Source: an uncultured cyanobacterium (GTDB lineage Bacteria; Cyanobacteriota; Cyanobacteriia; Cyanobacteriales; CAWCAG01). Taken from it: DNA of 64,000 nucleotides. How positions within the stretch are numbered: the first letter of the stretch is position 1; every line of letters starts with the position of its first letter. The notes under the pieces were generated by a model that was not told the DNA's origin, searched no databases, and saw only the letters and a list, made by a program, of their open reading frames with translations. The stretch lies in NCBI GenBank assembly GCA_963803805.1, contig CAWDOD010000004.1, forward strand, positions 32,001 to 96,000. The letters run 5' to 3'. Of the stretch, positions 20,518 through 31,585 are shown piece by piece. The position numbers were made by a program, and so were the translations under genes.

Positions 20518-21753
20518 ATGACCACATCTATCAGCGAAAATAATAAACTTGCCATTCGCCCTTTACTCTATCGGGACATTGAGGCGATAGAAGTTCTTGC
20601 TGCCAACTCCCAAGCCACTGATGACCAAAGTTGTTCAGTAAATTTAAGTAAGCAGTTAAACAAGTTGCGTAGTTGGTATGGAGTTCTCAAGTTCTTAACT
20701 TTATTCCCTAACCCTTATCAGCATGATCTTTGTATCTATGTAGCTGAGTTAGATCAGAAAATTATTGGTCTAATTCAAGTCGAACCTTTCAACAAAACTC
20801 GCACAACTTGGCGGGTTAAGCAGGTTTTGGTTGATCATAACTGCCCCCAGCAAGATATTGGTTCCCAATTGTTGAAACACTGCTTTGAGAAAATTTGGGA
20901 AGCCCGTACTTGGATTTTGGAAGTTAATGTTAATAATAAAAGTACTTTGGCTCTGTATCGGCAAAATGGTTTCCAGCCTTTAGCCCAAATGACCTATTGG
21001 GCGATCGCCCCAGAATTATTAGCCCAAATTGCTCAACACGAACCAGATTTACCTAACCTCTTACCTGTAAGCAATGCTGATGCTCAGTTATTGTATCAAC
21101 TTGATACAGTATCAATGCCACCTCTGCTACGGCAAGTTTTTGACCGTCATATCCAAGACTTCAAAATAAGCTTCCCTCGTGCTGTCCTTGCTAGCATCAA
21201 GCAATGGCTCAACCATCAAGAAACCATTAGTGGCTACGTCTTTGAACCCCAGCGTAAAGCCGCCATTGGGCATTTTGAATTAGATGCCTATAGTGATCGC
21301 TCCAATCCCCATAAAGCGAAAGTAAACGTTCACCCAGCTTATACTTGGTTATATCCAGAGCTTTTTTCCCAACTAGCGAGGATCGTCCAAGGTTTACCAG
21401 AGCAATCTTTGCAACTAGCTTCAGCAGATTATCAACCAGAACGAGAAGAGTATTTAGAAAAGATTGGCGCACAACGTATAGAGCATACTTTATTAATGTC
21501 CCGCTCTGTGTGGCACAAACTCCGGGAAGCTAAACCATCTTCCTTGGAAGGATTACAGCTATCTGAAGTTCTCAAAGGACTGCAACCTGCCCCCCGAACA
21601 CCTATTCCTAGTCGTATTTCTTGGTTAAAAACCATAAATCAACTAGCAGAACATAAACCAAGCGATCGCCATAATTCTCAACCAGATAGTTCTGGGAGTT
21701 CTAAGGCTCAAGAAGAAAAAATCAAAGCCAACGAACCTCCGGAGATGTCTTAA
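20518..21753 (+). CDS. GNAT family N-acetyltransferase (ATG 20518 preferred to GTG 20473)
   Basis: IGSQLL, WILEVNVNN, ALYRQNGF; tandem GNAT-type protein directly upstream of ruvX. Confidence 0.85.
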   Translation: MTTSISENNKLAIRPLLYRDIEAIEVLAANSQATDDQSCSVNLSKQLNKLRSWYGVLKFLTLFPNPYQHDLCIYVAELDQKIIGLIQVEPFNKTRTTWRVKQVLVDHNCPQQDIGSQLLKHCFEKIWEARTWILEVNVNNKSTLALYRQNGFQPLAQMTYWAIAPELLAQIAQHEPDLPNLLPVSNADAQLLYQLDTVSMPPLLRQVFDRHIQDFKISFPRAVLASIKQWLNHQETISGYVFEPQRKAAIGHFELDAYSDRSNPHKAKVNVHPAYTWLYPELFSQLARIVQGLPEQSLQLASADYQPEREEYLEKIGAQRIEHTLLMSRSVWHKLREAKPSSLEGLQLSEVLKGLQPAPRTPIPSRISWLKTINQLAEHKPSDRHNSQPDSSGSSKAQEEKIKANEPPEMS

Positions 21754-21758
21754 GGAAA

Positions 21759-22195
21759 ATGGAGAAAGTCTCTGTACTAGGTTTAGATGTGGGGAAAAAG
21801 CGAGTTGGGGTAGCCGGATGTGATGGTACAGGTTTAATAGCTACAGGTTTAACTACCATTAACCGAACCTCTTTTCAAGCTGATCTCGAACAACTTGAGG
21901 AGATTGTTGCAGATAGGGAAGTAAAATTGTTAGTAGTTGGACTTCCTTATACTATGGCCGGGAGTTAGGATTTCAGGCCCGTCAGGTACAAAAATTCACC
22001 CAAAGAATCTCAACTGCTCTCGATTTACCCGTAGAGTATATGGATGAGCGTCTAACTTCTATTGAAGCAGAGCAACAAATGATGGGGCAAAAAATATCTG
22101 TTTCCCGCAACAAAGCAACTATCGACCGCAAAGCAGCAGCAATTATTTTGCAAAGATGGTTGGACAAGCGGCGTAATCAACTCTCAGGGATTTAA
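21759..22195 (+). CDS. ruvX: Holliday junction resolvase-like / pre-16S rRNA nuclease RuvX (YqgF), with an apparent 1-nt deletion at about 21960
   Basis: LGLDVGKKRVGVA and VVGLP in the first frame; adding one G gives GELGFQARQVQKF...YMDERLTS...IDRKAAAIILQRWLD, ending at TAA 22195. Confidence 0.88.
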
Positions 22196-22210
22196 TTTAC
22201 CTGTCAATTG

Positions 22211-22255
22211 ATTTTTAGTTTCTAATTTTTAATTTCTAATTTTTAATTTTTAATT
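22211..22255. repeat. Heptamer tandem repeat (ATTT[T/C]TA)
   Basis: About 6 imperfect copies downstream of ruvX. Confidence 0.7.
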
Positions 22256-22359
22256 ACTCCAAACCGACTGGCAGGCTATTCTGGGAAATATACCCAGTAT
22301 TTTGTAGTTGGGCTATGTATATAAACTAAATAGATACTTCATCCAGGAGCTAAATAATT

Positions 22360-23601
22360 ATGAAGGTTGGTTTACAGCCGATTTTAAATGATTCCCATAT
22401 TGATGCTAATCAAGCTGCTAGTCAGCGCCAGCTATCTATTTCCATTTCCGCTGTAGCCGGGGGATTAGATGAGAGTTTGCCTTTAAATCTTTGCTTAGTG
22501 CTAGATCATAGCGGCTCTATGGGGGGTCGCCCGATGGAAACGGTTAAAAAGGCGGCTATGAGCCTTGTCGACCGTTTGAAGCCTAGCGATCGCCTTTCGG
22601 TGGTAGCTTTTGATCATCGTGCTAAAGTTCTGATTAATAATCAGAGCGTAGATAATGTTAATTATGTAAAAAAGCAGATTAAAAAGTTAGATGCTGATGG
22701 GGGAACAGCTATTGATGAGGGGATGAAACTGGGACTTCAGGAAATAGCAAAGGGAAGACAAGATACTGCTTCGCAAATCTTTTTGCTTACAGATGGGGAA
22801 AATGAACATGGAGATAACCAACGCTGTTTGCAGTTTGCAGAGTTAGCTTCCCAAGAAAATGTGACTTTGAACACCTTGGGATTTGGCAGTCATTGGAATC
22901 AAGATGTTTTAGAACAAATTGCTGATGTAGGGGGGGGGACTTTATCCTACATCGAAAAACCAGAACAAGCTTTAGATGAGTTTGGTCGCTTATTTGAAAG
23001 GGTTCAGTCTGTTGGCTTAACCAATGCTTACTTGATTTTTGAATTGATGCCAGGGGTACGTTTGGCAGACCTCAAACCCATCGCCCAGGTGGCCCCGGAA
23101 ACCGTTGAATTGCCAGTACAAACAGAAGGGAAAAACTTTCTGGTTCGGATTGGTGATTTAATGACTGATGCAGAGCGAGTTATTTTAGCTAATCTTTATA
23201 TTAATCAATTTCCCCCTGGCACTAATAATCTGGCTAAGATACAAGTGCGTTACGATGATCCGGCTTTAGGAAAAGAAAGTTTACTTTCTGAAACAGTGTT
23301 TGTAGAAGCCCAATCTCAAGCAGCCTATCAACCGGCGATTAATCCTGGTGTTAAAAAGTCAATTTTAGCTTTAGCAAAATATCGTCAAACCAAAATAGCC
23401 GAAACTAAATTGCAGCAAGGGGATCGCGCCGGAGCAGCAACCATGTTACAAACGGCAGCAAAAACAGCAATTCAAATGGGAGATGAAGGGGCGGCAACGG
23501 TACTGCAAACTAGCGCAACTCGCTTACAATCAGGAGAGACTCTTTCTGATGCAGAGCGTAAGAAAACTCGTATTGTTTCCAAAACCAAGTTGCAAGAGTG
23601 A
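22360..23601 (+). CDS. VWA domain-containing protein
   Basis: MIDAS LDHSGSMGG, GGTAI, LLTDGEN; GGAG ribosome-binding site upstream. Confidence 0.9.
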   Translation: MKVGLQPILNDSHIDANQAASQRQLSISISAVAGGLDESLPLNLCLVLDHSGSMGGRPMETVKKAAMSLVDRLKPSDRLSVVAFDHRAKVLINNQSVDNVNYVKKQIKKLDADGGTAIDEGMKLGLQEIAKGRQDTASQIFLLTDGENEHGDNQRCLQFAELASQENVTLNTLGFGSHWNQDVLEQIADVGGGTLSYIEKPEQALDEFGRLFERVQSVGLTNAYLIFELMPGVRLADLKPIAQVAPETVELPVQTEGKNFLVRIGDLMTDAERVILANLYINQFPPGTNNLAKIQVRYDDPALGKESLLSETVFVEAQSQAAYQPAINPGVKKSILALAKYRQTKIAETKLQQGDRAGAATMLQTAAKTAIQMGDEGAATVLQTSATRLQSGETLSDAERKKTRIVSKTKLQE

Positions 23602-23619
23602 TCTAAGGAGTCTAGGTTA

Positions 23620-23654
23620 AGCAACTAGCAACTAGCAACTAGCGATTAGCAACC
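23620..23654. repeat. Heptamer tandem repeat (AGCAACT)
   Basis: agcaact x3, agcgatt, agcaacc; overlaps the 3' end of the PIN/TRAM gene. Confidence 0.7.
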
Positions 23655-24733
23655 ACAGAAGTTTCTGGTTTCGCAAAAATCATTCTTCCCGCAGAGGTTT
23701 GTAGGGCGGAGGTGACTATAACTTGAAGTTCATCTCCTAAGTAACTTTTTCCTTCTTCTACTACTACCATGGTTCCATCTTCCAAGTAACCAACTCCTTG
23801 GGTGGGTTCTTTACCTTTCTTGATGATTTTTAGTTCTAAGCTATCCCCTGGCAAGTAAATAGGGCGTATGGCTTTAGCTAAGTCGTTGATATTGAGTACT
23901 GGGACTTTTTGTAGGTTAGCGACTTTGCTTAGGTTGTAATCGTTAGTTAGCAGGGTGCTATTAATTTCCTGGGCAAAGCGCACTAATTTAGCATCTACCG
24001 TAGCCAGATCATCATAATCAACAGAATTGACGATTAGTCTTTCTGGATAGGCATCCTGCATTCGATTCAAAATATCTAGCCCTCGTCTGCCACGAGTACG
24101 TTTTTGGTCATTAGCAGCATCAGCTAATTGTTGTAGTTCCTGTAAAACAAACTGAGGAATCAGGATTTGACCTTCGATAAAACCAGTGTTTAATAGTTCT
24201 TCAATACGGCCATCAATGATGCAGCTTGTATCTACAACTTTAGACGTGGCAGATTTAAGAGTACCTTCGGCGACTAAAATGCTTTCCACATTATTAGGGT
24301 TGATTAATCTTAAGAAATTACGGCCATGGGTATCAGCAAGCCCAATTCCTAAAAAGGCAAACATAATACTACCTAAAATTGCCAAAGCTGGCTTGACAAA
24401 AGACAACTTTTCGGGTATGGGAAGTAGAAAAATGGGGGCTAGCATCAGGTTAGCCAGTAACAAACCTATGGCTAAGCCAATGGCACGGGTGAAGATAACT
24501 TCAATAGGCAGTCTTCGGACTCGGCGCTCTACACGGCGGTAGGTGGTTTGGGCAGCTAACCCGGCTCCTAAGCCAACTAAAGCCGCAAAACCTGCTGTTA
24601 CCCATCTTAAGGCTTCGAGGTTGGTAACTTGGTCTAATACTCCTGCGGGCAAAAGTTCCACACTGTCGAAACCAATGCCACCAGCAGCGAAAATGAATAA
24701 TAATATGATTACAGCATCAAGCATCTTTCTCAT
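23639..24733 (-). CDS. PIN/TRAM domain membrane protein (YacL-like)
   Basis: N-terminal TM helices; PIN VVDTSCIIDGRI and LTNDYNL; TRAM GKEPTQGVGYLEDGTMVVVE, QTSAGRMIF. Confidence 0.9.
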   Translation of the reverse strand: MRKMLDAVIILLFIFAAGGIGFDSVELLPAGVLDQVTNLEALRWVTAGFAALVGLGAGLAAQTTYRRVERRVRRLPIEVIFTRAIGLAIGLLLANLMLAPIFLLPIPEKLSFVKPALAILGSIMFAFLGIGLADTHGRNFLRLINPNNVESILVAEGTLKSATSKVVDTSCIIDGRIEELLNTGFIEGQILIPQFVLQELQQLADAANDQKRTRGRRGLDILNRMQDAYPERLIVNSVDYDDLATVDAKLVRFAQEINSTLLTNDYNLSKVANLQKVPVLNINDLAKAIRPIYLPGDSLELKIIKKGKEPTQGVGYLEDGTMVVVEEGKSYLGDELQVIVTSALQTSAGRMIFAKPETSVVANR

Positions 24734-25070
24734 CCAATAAAAAGCAAGAGCAATTTCTGTTCAGAAATGCGATAAAAGCGAGATCGAATGCGCTCAATTT
24801 ATTATATCTTTGTCCCTGTTCCTAGTAATTTCAGGATCTTCACGCAGATATATAGTTCTCATGATGAAAACAATCTCAACTAGCAACTTAGATTTATCCT
24901 TGGGAATAAATTGGTAATACCTTACTAAGAGCAAAGATTGGGCTTTTTCTATCTCTCTAACTAAAAGTCACTTTTTTAGTTAGTAAGCAAGTAAAGTGAA
25001 CACCAAAAGAACTGCAAAAAATTAAGTAAATTAACAACTATTAACTATGAATTAAGGATTGCTAACCTTT

Positions 25071-26333
25071 ATGCCAGTGAAAGAGGGAAATTTTGCCCAG
25101 AAACCGAAGCAACTAGCTACTACAATTATTCCTACTTCTGCCTATATTCATATTCCCTTTTGTCGCCGTCGCTGTTATTATTGCGATTTTCCTGTGGCTA
25201 TCTTAGGAGATTCTGTAACTAACAATCCTCGCAATTCTATTGAACGCTATGTTAATAAACTTAACCAAGAAATTAGGATAACACCCAAAGTAGGACAGGA
25301 AAAACTGCAAACAGTCTTTTTTGGTGGAGGAACTCCTTCTTTACTAGCTGTAAAACAGCTTGGGTCTATTCTACAGGTTTTGGAGCAACATTTTGGTATT
25401 GCTCAAGATGCCGAAATCTCCATAGAAGTTGATCCAGGAACTTTTACCTTAGAAAAAATCCAAGGTTACAAACAAGCAGGAGTGAACCGCGTTAGTCTAG
25501 GGGCGCAAGCTTTTCAAGATGAACTTTTAAGAGCTTGTGGGCGATCGCATTCGACTACTGATATTTTCACGGCAGTGGAGTTGATTCGACAAGGGGGGAT
25601 AGCCAACCTTAGTTTAGATTTAATTTCTGGTTTACCTCACCAAAATTTGCCTCAATGGCAAGCTTCTTTAACCACAGCAGTTGATTTAGCACCGAATCAT
25701 TTATCCTGCTACGACTTGGTGTTGGAAACCGTCACTGCTTTTGGTAAGCAGTATGAACCGGGGGTTAAACCTTTACCCAATGATGAAACTACTGCAAGGA
25801 TGTATTGTTTAGCACAGGAAGTTTTGTATGATGCTGGGTATATCCATTATGAAATATCCAACTATGCCAAACCAGGATTTCAATGCCGTCACAATCGGGT
25901 TTATTGGCAAAACCAACCCTACTATGGTTTCGGCATGGGGGCAGCGAGTTATGTTGCGGCTAAAAGGTTTACTCGCCCTCGTACCAGAAGAGAATATTAT
26001 GATTGGCTAGAGACAGGAGGAATCATTGATTGTCCCCAAACTTCCCCAGCAGATCTGCTTTTAGAAACCTTGATGTTAGGTTTACGTCTCACTGAAGGGG
26101 TGAGTTTAACTAAAATCCGCCAGCAGTTTGGTAAGGAAGTTTTACTCAAGCTGCACTCTTGTTTGCAGGATTATTATAATTGCGGTTGGGTGGAAGTAAG
26201 GGCTGAAAATGGCCAGAAAATTGAGCTAACCAATAGAGTGAGTTTGCCTGATGTTGGGTATTTATGTTTAAGTGATCCCGAAGGTTTTTTGTTTTCTAAT
26301 ACAGTTTTGTCAACCTTGTTTAATTGCTGGTGA
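25071..26333 (+). CDS. hemW: Radical SAM heme chaperone HemW
   Basis: YIHIPFCRRRCYYCDF (CxxxCxxC), FGGGTPS, YEISNY, HNRVYW. Confidence 0.9.
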   Translation: MPVKEGNFAQKPKQLATTIIPTSAYIHIPFCRRRCYYCDFPVAILGDSVTNNPRNSIERYVNKLNQEIRITPKVGQEKLQTVFFGGGTPSLLAVKQLGSILQVLEQHFGIAQDAEISIEVDPGTFTLEKIQGYKQAGVNRVSLGAQAFQDELLRACGRSHSTTDIFTAVELIRQGGIANLSLDLISGLPHQNLPQWQASLTTAVDLAPNHLSCYDLVLETVTAFGKQYEPGVKPLPNDETTARMYCLAQEVLYDAGYIHYEISNYAKPGFQCRHNRVYWQNQPYYGFGMGAASYVAAKRFTRPRTRREYYDWLETGGIIDCPQTSPADLLLETLMLGLRLTEGVSLTKIRQQFGKEVLLKLHSCLQDYYNCGWVEVRAENGQKIELTNRVSLPDVGYLCLSDPEGFLFSNTVLSTLFNCW

Positions 26334-26475
26334 AGAACTAGAGAATGCCTTATCTACTCCAAAAAATCAAGTAAATTATAATTTTTTTGTCATCTCAGCA
26401 ATAAACCTCAAACCTTAGCGCATACTTAAGCAACACTGTTTCACTTTTGCTGGAAATTCTAGTAGTAATTTAGTC

Positions 26476-29400
26476 GTGCTTACCAACTCGTTATCCTCAT
26501 TAATTCCTTGGCTTAAGTCTCTGTGCTTAGGTATAACCTTTACCTCATTTACCTTTCCGGCTTTTGCCCAACCAATTACTACAGCCGTTGATGGTACAGG
26601 CACAATCATTAACATTGAAGGTAATCTCATCACCATTCAAGGTGGTTCTCTTTCAGGGGATGGACAAAACTTATTCCATAGTTTTCAAACTTTTGGCCTC
26701 AACCCTGAACAAATTGCCAATTTCCTGACTAATCCTCAAATCAGTAATATCTTGGGTAGAGTTGTTGGGGGTGAGCCTTCTTTAATTAATGGTTTAATTC
26801 AGGTTATGGGAGGCAATTCTAACTTATACCTGCTCAATCCCGCCGGTATTGTATTTGGTGCAGGAGCTAGTTTAAATATACCTGGAGACTTTACCGCAAC
26901 TACTGCAACAGGTATTGGTTTTGGGGATAATAGTTGGTTTAATGCTTTTGGCAGCAACGATTATAGTAGTTTGATTGGCAATCCTGGGGATTTTACTTTT
27001 GAAGTCGCCCAACCAGGGACGATTATTAATGGTGGAGATTTAACGGTTAACCAAGGTAACAATGTCACCCTGTTAGGCAACAATGTTATTAATACCGGAA
27101 ACATCACTGCACCTCAAGGAAGCATTACCATTGCCTCTGTACCAGGAACTAGCCGCATCCGTATTTCTCAACCAGGACAGTTATTAAGCTTAGAAATTGA
27201 ACCCCCCAGGGATACTAAGGGGGCTGTTATTCCCTTTACTCCTTTAGACTTACCAGGATTACTAGCCCAAACTCCAGCTAACTTTGCGACAGGATTGACG
27301 GTTGAAGGAGATGGTAACGTTGTTGGGCAAGGTATAAATGTTGCTGATGGTAGTACCAAAGAAACAACCCTCATTTTTGGTCAGGTTAATACCGCTTCAA
27401 CAGCAGGGCAAGGTGGAGAAATTAACTTATTGGGGCAGCAGGTAGGCACTGTTAATGCCCAGATTAATGCTTCAGGAACTCAGGGAGGTGGGCAAATACG
27501 CATTGGTGGAGATTATCAAGGCAAAGGGAGAATCCCTAATGCTCAGCAAACCTTTATTAATCAAAATACTAACATCCTTGCTGATGCTACAGAAACGGGG
27601 ACTGGTGGGCGCATCATTGTTTGGGGCGATGACAATACCAGATTTTTAGGCAACATCAGTGCCACAGGAGGAATGCAAAGTGGTGATGGGGGCTTTATTG
27701 AAGTTAGTGGTAAAAACAATCTTCTTTTTCAAGGTACGGTAGATACCTCAGCAGAATTTGGGGAAAATGGCACTTTATTATTAGATCCGACAGATATTAA
27801 TATTGTCGCCGGAGGAACTAATCCTGGTAATGCTGGGGATGGAATTTGGGCTTTTGCTGAAGATGTGGGAACTCAAAGTATTGGTGCAGATACTATTGCT
27901 ATTCTCCTCAACAGCAATGACCTTATTTTACAAGCCACCAATGACATTAATGTTGATAGTTCCGTTAACTATACAGACACAACTGAGCGGGCTTTGACTT
28001 TAGAAGCTGGCAACTCAATTATCTTTGCTAACAATACCACTATTGCATCTACATTAGGTGCTTTAAATGTCACCCTTAATAGCGGGACAGGCACAATTTC
28101 TTTAGGTATGGATGCTGGGGTGTTTTCTAAAGGTGGCAACATTACCTTAAATAGCGGCAATACTATTGATACTAGTGCTGGCATTCTCTCCAGCCGTTCC
28201 AATAATGGTGGCGGTGATATCCAACTCAATGCCGTTGGGAATATCAACACAGGAACGATTCAAAGTATCGCTGATATTACTGGGCAATCGGGTTCCATTA
28301 CCTTAAATAGCGCGGGAGGAAATATTTTAGCAACAAGGGCTATTGAAGCTTCTTCCTTCGGCACAGCAGACGGTAACAGAATAACTATAACTACCGATGG
28401 CAATATCTCTACTAGCACTATCGACAGTTCCGCAATTAATTCAGGTGCAAGAGGTAATGCAGGAGATGTTGAGATTAGGAGTAATACGGGGCAAATTACT
28501 ACAGGATTGATCAATACTCGTTCTTTACGGGATAATGGCTCAGGAGGCAATGTCAAACTGAGTGCAGCTTCTGGAATTAATACGGGTGTTATTCTCTCCT
28601 CAACAGAATCAAATACTTCTGCTGGACAAGGAGGTTCTGTAGAATTGAGTACAACCAATGGCAACATTGATTCAACAGCAATAACTTCCTTTGCTCGTTC
28701 TAATACTGGCAATGCAGGAGATGGAGGTTCAATCATAGTAACAGCTACTAACGGTAACATTAGCACCTTTGATGTCCGTTCCGGTTCCTACGCTCCTCAA
28801 TCTCCTACCGGAACCTCTGGTAATGGTGGTGCAATCCGTTTTAGTAGTGGGGGGGAGATTAATATTAACACCAGAATAGATTCAACATCCTTTGCTGCTG
28901 CCAACCCTGGTACAGGGGGAGAAATTGACCTTCAAGCTAATGATAAAATCACCGTTGGCAGCATTAACACCGCTAAAGATGATTTCGCTCCCTCACCTAT
29001 CCCTTCGGCAACTATTAACTTTGGCGATATTAGCTTAACAGCCGACGAAATTGACTTTACAGGGGGAAATGGCAGAGTTTTTGGCGAAGGTGCAATCACT
29101 TTGCAACCCTTCAACCCTAACCAAGCAATTGCCGTGGGGGATACCGTAGATACAGCCGCGTTAGACATAACTCAACAAGACTTAAATGCTTTAGCCGAAG
29201 GTTTCAGTGCTAGGACTATTGGTCGGGATAATGGTAGCGGTACTTTAACTGTCCCTGTTGACCTAACCTTAAACGATTCTCTCACCTTGCGATCGCCCTT
29301 GGGTACAATCAATACCACAGGTACTACTTTATCAGGTACAGACGATGCCACCATTAGCTTAGAAGCGAATCAAATCTTACTAGGTAATTTGATAAATCCT

Positions 29401-31431
29401 GGTCGTGATATTTCCCTCACTAGTAATGATGCTATTAACATCAACACCAGCACGGTTAATAGTAGTTCTCCTACTGGGGGAGGAGATATTAACATTAGTG
29501 CAGTTAATGATATTACCGTTGGTGATCTTAACTCCAGTGGTGGTGTGGATGTAGGAGGAGACATCAACTTAACTAGTAGTGATGGAGGCGTTACCACGGG
29601 CAATCTCACCTCTTCTGGAGACAGTGCAGGGGGAGATATTAATGTTGTCGCTAGTACCCAAATTACTACCCAAGCAATCGACTCTAGCAGTAATTCTGGT
29701 AAAGGAGGGGATGTTTCCCTCGATCCTAGTGGTGACATTCAAGTTAGTTCTATCAATACCCAAGGAGGTACTGTCGGCGGTTCAGTAGATATCACCACCC
29801 AAAGCAACTTCCGGGCTACGGATACCTTCACTGCTAATGGTTTGCCCACCAGTATTTTTAGCTACGGACCTACCCAAAGTGGCGACATCACCATTCGTCA
29901 CGGTGGTGATGGCAAAATACCTTTTGTGGTGGGCAATGCCGCTACTAACGGTACAGCAGGGGCTATATCCAGTGGCGACTTTGCTATACTTCCCACCCAG
30001 TCTTACCTTTTTACCGAACAACGGGGTAACATCCAAATTATTAGCACCGATCCCCCTCGTCCAAATACTTTGAAGCTGGATCTTGCTGCTATTGACTCCC
30101 TGATCAGGGATCTGTTTGGTTTTGATCCTAATCTGCGTTCTTTAAAAGGGATCTTAATTCATTTCCCTCTGGGAAAAAGTAAAGTCATCGAACTTTCTGT
30201 AGAAAACACTGTCACAGAATTGGAATCTCAATTAACCCAGGAATTTGAGCAACATCTTGGCTTGAGTGGTACTGCCACGATGGATTTAGATGAGATTCAA
30301 GCTACCCTCCAAGAAATTACAGCAACTACCAAAAGTCAACCCGCAGTTATTTACGTTTTTTTTGATCATAGTGCAGCAATCGCAGCAGCTAGTAACCAAT
30401 TCAGCAGTCAATTGGAGCTAATTTTAGTCACAGCCTCTGGGCAACCCATCCGTAAAAAGGTTAGCATCTCTCAAAGAGAAGTCCTGCGAGTAGCCAATGA
30501 CTTACGAACTAGCGTAACCAATTTCAATCGCCCCCAAGGTTATCGCACTCCTGCCCAAAAAATATACAACTGGTTAGTTACCCCTTTAGAATCAGAATTG
30601 CAGGAGCAAAAACTTGACCATCTTATTTTCATTATGCCAACTAGCCTGCGTTCTATACCCTTGGCAGCACTCCACGATGGTGAAAAGTTTGTGATTGAGA
30701 AGTACGGTGTTAGTTTGATGCCGAGTTTGTCTTTAACTGACAGTCGCTATAAAAATATTAGTGGCGCTAAGGTTTTGGCCATGGGGGCAGCCGAATTTGC
30801 CGATGCCAAACCCCTTCCAGCAGTACCTGTAGAATTAAAGGCGATCGCGGGTAATTTATGGCCAGGGGATTTTTTTCTTAACCAAGATTTTACGGTTAAA
30901 AGTATGCAAACTGCCCGTACTCACAAGCGCTACGGTATTGTTCATTTAGCAACCCACGGCGAGTTTAAATCAGGGGATTTAAAAAATTCCTATATTCAAT
31001 TATGGGATACGAAACTCTCCCTCTCTCAATTATCTAGCTTGGGACTCCACAAACCACCTTTAGATTTACTGGTTTTAAGCGCCTGCAATACTGCTTTGGG
31101 GGATGCTGAGGCTGAACTAGGTTTTGCTGGTTTAGCAGTCTTGGCGGGGGTGAAGTCTGCCCTGGGAAGTCTTTGGTATGTTAGCGATGAAGGGACTGTA
31201 GCTTTAATGACGAATTTTTATGGGCAACTGCGAAATACTTCAGTTAAGGTAGAGGCTTTGCGCCAGGCGCAGTTGGCGATGATGAGAGGAGAGTCAAAAA
31301 TAGTTAACGGGGAAATCACGACCCCTCAAGGTAATTTTCCTCTACCCCAGGAGTTAGCCAAGTTGGGAGATGTTGATTTTAGTCATCCTTATTATTGGAG
31401 TTCATTTACTTTAATTGGTAGCCCTTGGTGA
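26476..31431 (+). CDS. Filamentous-haemagglutinin N-terminal domain / beta-helix protein with C-terminal CHAT domain
   Basis: Signal peptide; NLFHSF and NPAGIVFG secretion domain; GGxI repeats; CHAT HLATHG, LSACNT, SLWYV, HPYYWSSF. Confidence 0.9.
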   Translation: MLTNSLSSLIPWLKSLCLGITFTSFTFPAFAQPITTAVDGTGTIINIEGNLITIQGGSLSGDGQNLFHSFQTFGLNPEQIANFLTNPQISNILGRVVGGEPSLINGLIQVMGGNSNLYLLNPAGIVFGAGASLNIPGDFTATTATGIGFGDNSWFNAFGSNDYSSLIGNPGDFTFEVAQPGTIINGGDLTVNQGNNVTLLGNNVINTGNITAPQGSITIASVPGTSRIRISQPGQLLSLEIEPPRDTKGAVIPFTPLDLPGLLAQTPANFATGLTVEGDGNVVGQGINVADGSTKETTLIFGQVNTASTAGQGGEINLLGQQVGTVNAQINASGTQGGGQIRIGGDYQGKGRIPNAQQTFINQNTNILADATETGTGGRIIVWGDDNTRFLGNISATGGMQSGDGGFIEVSGKNNLLFQGTVDTSAEFGENGTLLLDPTDINIVAGGTNPGNAGDGIWAFAEDVGTQSIGADTIAILLNSNDLILQATNDINVDSSVNYTDTTERALTLEAGNSIIFANNTTIASTLGALNVTLNSGTGTISLGMDAGVFSKGGNITLNSGNTIDTSAGILSSRSNNGGGDIQLNAVGNINTGTIQSIADITGQSGSITLNSAGGNILATRAIEASSFGTADGNRITITTDGNISTSTIDSSAINSGARGNAGDVEIRSNTGQITTGLINTRSLRDNGSGGNVKLSAASGINTGVILSSTESNTSAGQGGSVELSTTNGNIDSTAITSFARSNTGNAGDGGSIIVTATNGNISTFDVRSGSYAPQSPTGTSGNGGAIRFSSGGEININTRIDSTSFAAANPGTGGEIDLQANDKITVGSINTAKDDFAPSPIPSATINFGDISLTADEIDFTGGNGRVFGEGAITLQPFNPNQAIAVGDTVDTAALDITQQDLNALAEGFSARTIGRDNGSGTLTVPVDLTLNDSLTLRSPLGTINTTGTTLSGTDDATISLEANQILLGNLINPGRDISLTSNDAININTSTVNSSSPTGGGDINISAVNDITVGDLNSSGGVDVGGDINLTSSDGGVTTGNLTSSGDSAGGDINVVASTQITTQAIDSSSNSGKGGDVSLDPSGDIQVSSINTQGGTVGGSVDITTQSNFRATDTFTANGLPTSIFSYGPTQSGDITIRHGGDGKIPFVVGNAATNGTAGAISSGDFAILPTQSYLFTEQRGNIQIISTDPPRPNTLKLDLAAIDSLIRDLFGFDPNLRSLKGILIHFPLGKSKVIELSVENTVTELESQLTQEFEQHLGLSGTATMDLDEIQATLQEITATTKSQPAVIYVFFDHSAAIAAASNQFSSQLELILVTASGQPIRKKVSISQREVLRVANDLRTSVTNFNRPQGYRTPAQKIYNWLVTPLESELQEQKLDHLIFIMPTSLRSIPLAALHDGEKFVIEKYGVSLMPSLSLTDSRYKNISGAKVLAMGAAEFADAKPLPAVPVELKAIAGNLWPGDFFLNQDFTVKSMQTARTHKRYGIVHLATHGEFKSGDLKNSYIQLWDTKLSLSQLSSLGLHKPPLDLLVLSACNTALGDAEAELGFAGLAVLAGVKSALGSLWYVSDEGTVALMTNFYGQLRNTSVKVEALRQAQLAMMRGESKIVNGEITTPQGNFPLPQELAKLGDVDFSHPYYWSSFTLIGSPW

Positions 31432-31585
31432 TCAATGGTAGATCGCACTAAGTCAATGTTTGATGTTTTGGATCGCTCGTTTAGTTTGTGCCTTGTTTTA
31501 GTTTGTCTATGGGTAGCTTTCTGTTTAGAGTAGTCCAAGGTTGTAGCAACTAGCCATTAGCCATTAGCTATTAATATAATCTCTC

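Noticed and set aside
27168..30073. Many 60-170 aa antisense or alternate-frame ORFs inside the haemagglutinin-CHAT gene (similar ones inside other genes)
   Set aside because: Shadow ORFs caused by codon bias and repetitive Gly/Ser/Thr/Asn content; no recognisable motifs.
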